From contig CM074516.1 in the NCBI GenBank assembly GCA_037379345.1, forward strand, positions 33,021,626 to 33,085,625: 64,000 bases of DNA. Reading direction: 5' to 3'. This DNA comes from Perna viridis. Its lineage: Eukaryota. Below, in pieces: positions 55,352-64,000 of the stretch. Within the stretch, counting starts at the first letter, position 1. Each line of letters opens with the position of its first letter. The notes beneath the pieces were generated by a model. The model did no database searches. It worked only from the letters and a program-made list of their open reading frames with translations, and was not told where the DNA came from. A program made the position numbers and the translations under genes.

Positions 55352-58300
55352 TCTTGAAGAACTTTGGAAATTCTGCAAAATAGCAGCAGTACTGAACCAT
55401 GCACATCATGCATCACCAGTGTAACAGTACAGCTAGGTGAATCATCAACAAAAACTTGAGAAAAAAAATGTTCAGTATCTCTAACATACAAAATGGAAAA
55501 GCAAGCTTTATAACACAGGAAAATATTAAGTTAAATGATGCTAACATACAATCAACAACTTGATAATTGATCATCCCATATAAGTGATCGAGCTAAAGTT
55601 TCACAAAATTGAGATATACATCAATTCCTAAGCACTTATTTACCTATGGAGAATGCACATCAACTATCAGATATTATTTCAAAATTCATCCAGTAATAAA
55701 TCGAAGAATCAAAGGCTTTTAGGGAATCGGAAATGTTGTCACAGCAATTTACTCAATAATCAGCGTGATCTAAAGACATCAACTAATAACTTCTAATGAA
55801 TCTTGGCTGACAAATGTCATATCCTATTTATCATCAGTGAATCTTATATCTACATCCCTAATGGGATGATAAGGTGGTAAAAGCAAGTATCCAATATCCA
55901 ATGTTTGGAGTTCAAAGAGCTGCATGTTTAAAACACAATGTATGCAATTTGGTTTCTGAAGAAAAAAGTGATATACATGTATGCATGAAGTGGAGATGAA
56001 TTGTTTTCTTTAGATGTTTATTAATTCATGGAGAAAATACTTTGGTATTTTTCCTCTTACAACTGAAGTCATAAAAAATGACATCAAACATTATTTTCAA
56101 TAAAATGAGGGTATGTATTGCTTTGGCTTAACTAATACAGTCAAACCTAACCTAAAGATTTCAGTCTTATATTGCATATTCCTGAGTGGATGTAGGTCAA
56201 AACGTGGAGGTTATAATTTAGTGTGCTTTCTTTTTGCCTTTTCTTGTTTAAAACTCTTTTTTTACAAATGATTATCATTTTTTCATACAAAATACAGGGT
56301 AAATATCAACCTATGACACTAAAAACATGTTTTTTAAAGGTCTATTTAATAAACTCAAATTCAAAGTGAAAGTAGAAAAAGTCCTTTCTAGGTTGACCTC
56401 TTCTGGTCTCCTTGTCTATTGTTTTTTAAGTCATAAGACAAAAAAATATTCAGCCACAAAAGAAATGAATAGATTTATATACCAGTGATCCAGGAGAAAA
56501 TGTTAAAGTTGGTACTTTAGTCAGACCAGATATAAATCGTACAGAGGTGGGATCCCTAACAAAGGTACCACATGAGTCTGCAAAAAGAAGTGTTTCCCCT
56601 AGCAACCAGCAAAATAAAATGTTTTCCCCAGCAACAAGCAAAATGAAGATTCCCCCAGCTGCCAATAAAATTTAGGTATTAACTCAAGAGATGCCAAATC
56701 TCTCACATGAAACTTTAAATGTAATCTGTTCAAGTTTTATCAAGCTTGGTACAATACTTCAAAACCAACTGACTAGATGGTCAGATGTAACTTTTATATG
56801 TATTATTTGTATCCACATTGGCACCATTTAAACCAAATGACATCAGAAAGTACTTTAAATTTTATTCAGTTTTTTCTGTTAAGATCAAAGAAATGTGAAC
56901 CAACTAAAATAAATTTTAAACAAATTGAATTAAGATAAGTTCAAATTCTATTCAACTAATTGTTTGTGACTAATACAAATTGGGCGGGGAAAGTGGAAAA
57001 AATAAGTACTGTAAAGTAACCATGATACAAATACAAGTTTACTTGAGTCCAACCAATTAAAACATAATTGAAAATTTAAATAGGCAAGTCATTTTGTATT
57101 ATTGAAAATAAATACAATTTTTGACACTTTAAAGGAAATCCTAGACTTTTACCAAATCAATTTTTTTATAAATCTTATTCACCCCCAATTAAATATCAAA
57201 TCAACTGCATGAAACTGGAGCATGAGGAACAAAACATTATTGACATTTCTCAATTTAGTGTCCAAACTGTTCATGATTGTAAGGTATCAATCCTTATAAT
57301 AATCAGGCAGCAAATGGTAGAATTGAAAGCTGAAAAAATAGTATGACAGTTGAGTACAAATAGCTATTTGATGAAATATAAATGAGATTAACCAAAAAAA
57401 ACTCAAAGATGATTGATGACCGTCATCCCTAATTCTAAATTTTTGATCCCCCCCCCAAAAAAAACTGTTAATATTTCATTGTATTAAGTTGAATTGGAAC
57501 CTAACATGAGATATCCTGAATAGAATACTATATGTAGCTCCACGACTTTTGACTGTGCCCTTTCAATATAACATACAATCTTCTTCCATACAGAACAAAA
57601 CAGAAGTACATTTCAGTAGGTTTTAATTTTACAATTAAATTTCAGCATAAATCAGATATGATTTTACAAAGTCGACAAAAACAGAAATGGGCAAATTCAG
57701 AAGTCAAATAATAATAAATCAGAAATTAAATATTAAAATCTGAATTTTTATTCAAAATAATGAAATTCTGTTTCAAAACAGAAAAAAATTATGTCAAATA
57801 ACGTAATTTCTAAAACCTGAAAATCAAAATTCAACCAATACAAAAATGAAATTCTTAATTTGAGTTATATCCCCTTTCAGTAATCCTTCCCATCACAACT
57901 TATCTTTAGAAAGACTAGTATTTAATTTTCCATTCAGGCTCAGGTGTTCCCGTCATGATTATGGTTAATTACTTTTATTCTCGTTAAATACAAATACCTG
58001 CGGCAGGTACAAATAAATGGAATATTTCAATCAATTCAATAAATCCACAAAATTTTGTAATTATGCACCTGCATCCCTCATAGAATCACATGCTCGGGGT
58101 TAAGAAAATGCTTTAGGTCATGTGATGCACTCTAAAAATTATCAATATGGTCAATAAAATTTTTCAATAACTTTTAAGGGGTATTCTAATGTCTGGGAAA
58201 TACTTCAAGATGACTAAGTCTATTATACTAGTGTTTATTAAGTTGCCTTCTATACATGAACATAGGGTTTGGTTAGGTTCTGGGCAGGGATATAATTTGA

Positions 58301-58833
58301 CAATACTGGGGGTACTGTAGATATAACTTCTACATTAACTATTCATCAAAACAGTATTTACTACGAAGATGTAATGAAATCACAGTTTTTATACAAAAAG
58401 TTCTTAAATAAATTATCAAGAGATTTTGTGTTTTACTTACATAAATAACCTTTTTTTTTCAAAATATGGAAAAGTGTAATGCAGAATATAATATTGCAAA
58501 ATGAAAAATTCTTGTTGATTAAAGTCTTGACCTGCTCTAACACACTATACTAATAGGCTCCTTAAACCTCGTTCAACTTACACTTTCCATTCCAGAATTT
58601 CTGAAGTCTCCATCATCAAAACGTTTATTCATCTAGGATAACCAATTTATAAAAATATAATAATCATATTCACTTCCAGAACAATGGATATCATTACATA
58701 TTATGTACGTTTTGTCAGATTTATATAAATCTACAAGAAGCATATTGTTACATATTAACTCGTTCATTCTTTTGAAATGCAATTGAATTCAACTATTAAA
58801 ACAGCGATGGGAACAAAACATTCAACATTTACG

Positions 58834-59050
58834 CATCTCCTACATGACTACAGGTAGCCCATTATATCATGTCTCATACTCGCTCATTGCATCTCCTACA
58901 TGACTACAGATACCCCGTTATATCATGTCTCATACCTTCTAACTGTATCTCCTACATTGCTACAGGTACCTGTTATACCATTTCTCGTACTTTCTCACTG
59001 TATCTCCTACATGGCTACAGGTACCCCATTATATCATTTTTCGCACTTTC
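58834..59050. repeat. Degenerate tandem repeat, about 4 x 56 bp
   Basis: g(c/t)atctcctacatg.ctacaggtaccccattatatcat recurs four times. Confidence 0.9.
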
Positions 59051-60445
59051 TCATTGGCCTTATGACAAGACTTACAGAACCTATTCCAGTTGTCTTAACT
59101 TCACAAATGAATTACATATGGTATTACAGTTAGTACCTATTTGGTCTTTTTGAAACCTTGCCATTTAGATAACTTGAAAAAAAATAATAAAAAAAATTGA
59201 CTGTTTGCCTTGGTAAATAGCACATTTTAATTATTAATGATATTTCAATTTAATATTTTTGTGTTTCTTTTCTATATGTAAAAATGTTACTAATTCCTTG
59301 ATATATGTCCCAGCATTTCGGGACAAAGCTTGTTTATTTGTTAAATAAACTTTAAACTGGTTATAAGACACACCAAAACATATCAATTACGCAAATAACA
59401 TTGGTCAATATCAGCTTCCGGCAAAATAACCTACTGAGTAGGTTAAAATAAAACTTAAATTAGCACTGATTTCTCCATTATGGGACAAGATACACCAACA
59501 GAACTTAGTACACTTGTGTTTCAATGCAGTTCTAACATTTTAAGATTTTCTTGCAAAAATCATGGAGTTTCCCTTTAATACTATACGACTTACCGTCAAC
59601 ATACTAATTTTCCCAGTGTACTTATTTACAATGTTTTCATAGTGGACAAATAAGTATGAAAAATATTATTTTGTGAATTTTATAAATGCTAATCATTTTT
59701 CAAATTAAATAAACTGATATCTGTAAATATGTTCAGTGGTCAGAATCAGTGAAAAAAAATACCTTAAAGGTGACTTATTTATCAATGTAACATACATGTA
59801 CAAGAAAACTGATACAGACTTGTAACAGATGGACAAATATGTAAAGTGTTGATGCCCAAAATTCACCTAATATTTATATTTAAATGCATAGTTGTTTTGG
59901 ATACTATTTCCATTTATATTTCAGTGTAATTTACAATTAATGCATAATGTCAAAAAAATGATGCCAATAAATAATCCACTGAGTCGGAAGTTTTTCAGAC
60001 TTTTACGCAATATTGGTTTCAATTTAAACACAAATGGTTCATAAAATCTTGTTATAGAAGTCCATTTACTCATTATGGTATTGTGTAATAATAATTTACA
60101 ATGTTTTATGGATATATTGGCAGAATTATTTAAGGAACTTTTAAAGACATTGGGAAATGCCAAGAAGTGATTACTTAAGGAAATGTAAATTTCAATGATT
60201 TTATAGTTGAAGAGTTATAAAAAAATATCTCCATGACAACTAAAAGAACGCTTATACACCGTACAAAAGCTGGGTGGAGTATTTATAAGACAAAGCAAGA
60301 ATCAATCATTCCAAATTTCAAACTCTAAAAATGTTGGGTTTTTTTTTAAACAAGTATCCCTCACTCAAAAATCAAAATGATAAAAAATATTTCTTGCATA
60401 TCAAAGACTTGAACTCAACTATTGTGAGGAATTTCATTCTAATCG

Positions 60446-60965
60446 AATAAGAGCAGTCTTCCAGGTCCCCTGCCTCACAATGAAAGTAAAATTTCATGGA
60501 ATATTATTTCTTTACCCCATAAGCTTTCAGCGGTCCAACTTTGCTGAAATTCTGTAAAGGCAATCAAAAGTAACACTCCGGAAACCTATTTTCACCCCTA
60601 AAATTATATTTTGTTAAGTCAGTGTGACCTTGATCTTTATCTTACTGACCTCAAATTCAATAGGTGTCTTCTTTACCCCATAAGCCTTCAACTACCCAAA
60701 TTTGGTGAAATTCTATAAAGGCTTTCAAAAGTTACACTCCGGAAACCCAATTTCATCTAAAAAATTATATTTCATGAAGTCCATGCGATTTTGACCTTCA
60801 ACCTATTGACCTCAAAATCAATAGGTTTCTTCCTTACTTCATAACCTTCAATTGTCCAAGTTTGGTGAAATTCTACGTAGGTGTTCAAAAGTTACGCTTT
60901 GGAAACCAATTTCGGACAGACAGACGAAAGCTGAATTCTATACTCCCCAGCAGAGGACAATAAAA
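60446..60965 (+). mobile_element. HINE/pearl-like element with 3 internal 161-bp repeats
   Basis: Repeat starts at 60510, 60671 and 60832. A cggacagacagacg microsatellite precedes a ctatactcccc...gaggacaataaaa end. Confidence 0.85.
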
Positions 60966-61233
60966 AAAACAATGGCATTACAATGAGCACAATTTTTCTG
61001 ATAAACAGACAGATAGACTAGCAAATGGAAAGGAAATATAAAACTTAATCTATTTGTGTTATTGAGTCAATCTTGTTTTCTTAAAATTCTATAGAATACA
61101 TATATGTTATCAAAATCAATGGATATTGGTAGGAGATTTAAAAGAAATCCTGTATCTGCCCCACTCATTAACATCCCTGATTTTCACCTGTTTTTTTATC
61201 ATAATCATACATCATTTGGTAATCCTCTATATT

Positions 61234-61400
61234 CAGAAGTTCAAATGAAAGATAGTCTGAGGTCCAGGACCCTTTACTTCTGACCAAGGACCTTTGAAAT
61301 TTTATTTGCCTGGTACCTGGACCTTAAACCCATTTCAATGGCACTTTATTGAGGACTTTTGGTTTTAATTGACTGGACCATTAGCTTCAAAATTGGAAAA
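61234..61400 (+). mobile_element. MITE family E, copy 2 (eroded)
   Basis: tgaggtccaggaccc...ttctgacc..gacctttgaaattt.attt..ctgg.acctg.acctt is shared with 55175-55351. Confidence 0.7.
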
Positions 61401-61660
61401 GTCAGAGACCTTCTAGTCTTGCAAGTAAATTAATCCCCTGAATATTACTGACTAGGCATGGACAATCTGCGTGAAGACTGATGTTTAACCTTCGACTTTG
61501 AGCTTTATCATAAGGACAACTAGAAATCAAATGTATGGGATGTGAAAATAAAATTGGTGAAATATTGGTCTTATTTTTAAGTGTCCCTTCATGCAAAAGT
61601 TTTGATGTTCTACAAGTTTTTTTTTTAAGTTATCTTCCATAAACAAACTCCACAACTAGA

Positions 61661-61694
61661 GATAGTCAGCGCCCTAACCGACTGAGCTAAAGTC
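61661..61694 (-). other. tRNA-derived 5'-half fragment (A box), not a complete tRNA
   Basis: Minus strand gactttagctcagtcggttagggcgctgact gives a D-arm GCTC/GGGC and an A box TAGCTCAGTCGG. No T-arm or B box follows. Confidence 0.55.
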
Positions 61695-61778
61695 TAGTAT
61701 GCATACATGTACATGTATAATTCTGAAAATTACTAAATGTCATAACAAACAAAACATGCTAATGATCTATTCAAGCTA

Positions 61779-61964
<186 letters not shown>

Positions 61965-62591
61965 CTAAATGTTTGAACAATAATACATATTAGTCTTCAA
62001 GCCTGGCTAAAGCTTTAGTAGGATTTCAAATATCAGAAATGACAAGGTCCATGTCTTAAATCATCTAAGATTGGAAATCCATTTAATCATCAACACTTTG
62101 TCATAACAATCCAAACTTGGCTTTACAATAAACTACCAGGAGAATAATTTCAGTAAGACCTTCTTATGGCTTCAGAGAAAGTTTTTCTAATCCTAAAGAA
62201 AATGAACATCCTAAAAAGCTTTAGCCAATCTTATATGTATAACTACACTACAAAAGTGATGAAAATTCATGAAGAATCTTTCTGCATATCTGTACACAAT
62301 CATAGTTCCATTTTAGTCACACTTTTAGTCTTCTAAGTTTCTGAATATAAACTTTTCATAAAACAGCTCAACAAAAATTCACCAGAAAATGTCTTCTTCA
62401 AATTAGCATTTCTCTTTCCTTTAGCATTTAGCCAACAAAAAAAATTAGCTGATCAAAATAACTTAAATTTTTAAAAAATGAAACTGAATATCTACATCTA
62501 CTATTCCTCAATTGAAACACATGTAGTCATGTACAGTACAAATCAGCAGAAAGACCCTTGATGAATTAATTGTCACATTAACATGTAATAC

Positions 62592-62681
62592 CTGGATTTT
62601 CTCTCCAAACAGAGAGCAACTGCCGAAGCTGGTATCCCCGTAGCATAGGTAGCTAGGCGGCAGTAAGAACCTGTAAGTTTT
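62592..62681 (-). CDS. TMEM135: TMEM135 exon 3, copy a (alternative duplicated exon); (R)KLTGSYCRLATYATGIPASAVALCLERKS(R)
   Basis: Minus strand reads cttgttgctttcag|AAAACTT...AAATCCAG|gtatta. The exon is 90 nt, phase 2-2, with no stops. It ends in ERKSR like copy b and keeps the PAS-x-VA motif of TMEM135 (human LPASYVAILIERKSR, from recall). Confidence 0.8.
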
Positions 62682-62970
62682 CTGAAAGCAACAAGTCGAT
62701 CCAATTTTTTTTTTTTTGGTATTTCTACATGCATCTTGAAGCAAACAACTCCAGTCAACCCACTGACCTATTTTCTTTTTCCTTGCTGACCAGTCAGTAA
62801 TAAAAATGGTCATGCAGAAATCCACAAGATTCAATTTTGGGTTTAATCAAACAAAATATTATGTGACTCCCAATGTCCTTGCATTGCAAATTAAAAACAT
62901 TGTTTTCCTAAAAGATTTACACAAAGCTTTCCCAAAACAATAGCAGAGTGTTCTTTGTACATTTAAACAT

Positions 62971-63173
62971 TACTGCAAAAGTACTATTGTTAGTGGGGTA
63001 CCAATTTTCATGGTTTTCATGGGAAGGCCAAACCACGAAATTTGGTTCCCAACAAAAAGGAGATTTCTTTGATACTGAAAACATTAAAACCATGAATTCA
63101 GGAATCCACAAACTTTTGTTTCTTCTCTTATCAACGAAAATTGGTATCCACGAATTAAAGTACTTTCACAGTA
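62971..63173 (+). mobile_element. MITE family A, copy 4
   Basis: tactgcaaaagtactattgtt...aattaaagtactttcacagta, colinear with 2996-3190. Confidence 0.88.
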
Positions 63174-63413
63174 TTTCATTACAAATGCTAATAAAGTATG
63201 TGTCAATCTGTGGGAATTATTGTCTCATATGCATTTACCTCCACATATTTCTATTTTAGACAAACTGAAAAATTTATGTTGATAGGAATAAAAGTGAACA
63301 CCAGTGAGAGTGCAATAGAGAAATATTTCAGACATCCAAGGATTTAAGAATATTTTTTATTTATTTAAACTAAATATTTCAGATCCATTAGTTCAGCTAT
63401 GACCATTTATAAT

Positions 63414-63802
63414 TATAAGAATGTGAACGCCTGCTAGGCATACACTCACTTGTACAGGCAGTTGATATAATACAGCAAGCAAAATTACAATATACACCTT
63501 ACATGAGACCACAGACTAAATTTGAAATCAATCCAACTACTGGAAGCTGAGATTTTTATGATGAAAACTGTCTGAATCTTTCCATATTGTGAAAAGTGGC
63601 ACAGAACAGGAAGTTGATATCTGACAGCACCAAAAATGGCTTGCAACATTTGCCTCTTCTATACAAAAATACACAACAAATTTGAAATCAACCCATGCAT
63701 TGGGAGCCAAGATGATTGCAACAAAATTCAGATGGAAAGAGGCAATGACAGATGGCCAAGGTGATCAAATATACCTACCACTCTATGAGTGGGTGTATAA
63801 TT
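63414..63802 (+). mobile_element. HINE-like element with two 160-bp-spaced internal repeats
   Basis: Subterminal inverted repeat atacactcac / gtgggtgtat. aaatttgaaatcaa occurs at 63518 and 63678. Head and tail match 35137-35263. Confidence 0.75.
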
Positions 63803-64000
63803 TAATTATTGGTATATTAATATGGATTGGTTTGATTTAAATGTCAATTTTCAAGAAAATCAGGGGCAAACCTATCATTAGCTAGAAAATAACAATGTTT
63901 TTATGACTTTTGGTCATTATTTCCTAAATTGAATGCATGTAATAAACTGATTCATGGAGCTGCACAGGAAAAACTATTTACTTTTCTTGCTTTTAATAGT

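Noticed and set aside
61661-61694. Functional tRNA gene
   Set aside because: Only the D-arm region is present, with no T-arm, B box or 3' acceptor strand.
62592-62670. Alternative internal acceptor (ttacag|G) for exon 3a
   Set aside because: It would give a 79-nt out-of-frame exon. The upstream AG preserves phase and the (R)K start homologous to 3b.

Overview
This is eukaryotic, very AT-rich, CpG-poor DNA with no prokaryote-style genes. Its repeat landscape (HINE/pearl-like elements, TA- and TTAA-flanked MITEs, many minisatellites) looks like a bivalve mollusc, possibly Mytilus-like; that taxon call is inference. The whole window appears to lie inside one minus-strand gene, a TMEM135 (PMP52) orthologue. 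I recognised it from short GT-AG exons that the ORF track mostly misses: 62681-62592 (exon 3a), 61935-61843 (exon 3b), 51026-50993, 44817-44752 and 11959-11913. Splicing 3b-4-5-6 gives [81 protein letters not shown], which is colinear with human TMEM135 as I recall it. Exon numbering follows that recollection. The main unusual feature is a tandemly duplicated, diverged exon 3 (3a 90 nt, 3b 93 nt, both phase 2-2, both ending ERKSR), a candidate mutually exclusive exon pair with RBFOX-type motifs placed as expected for a tissue switch. The long introns (10.8, 6.2, 32.8 and >11.9 kb) contain candidate enhancers (a TCF/PBX-MEIS cluster and a DR1/PAR-bZIP cluster), about ten tandem repeats and several non-autonomous transposon families. 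The repetitive ORFs in the track are minisatellite artefacts. No database search was run, so family names rest on sequence features and recall.
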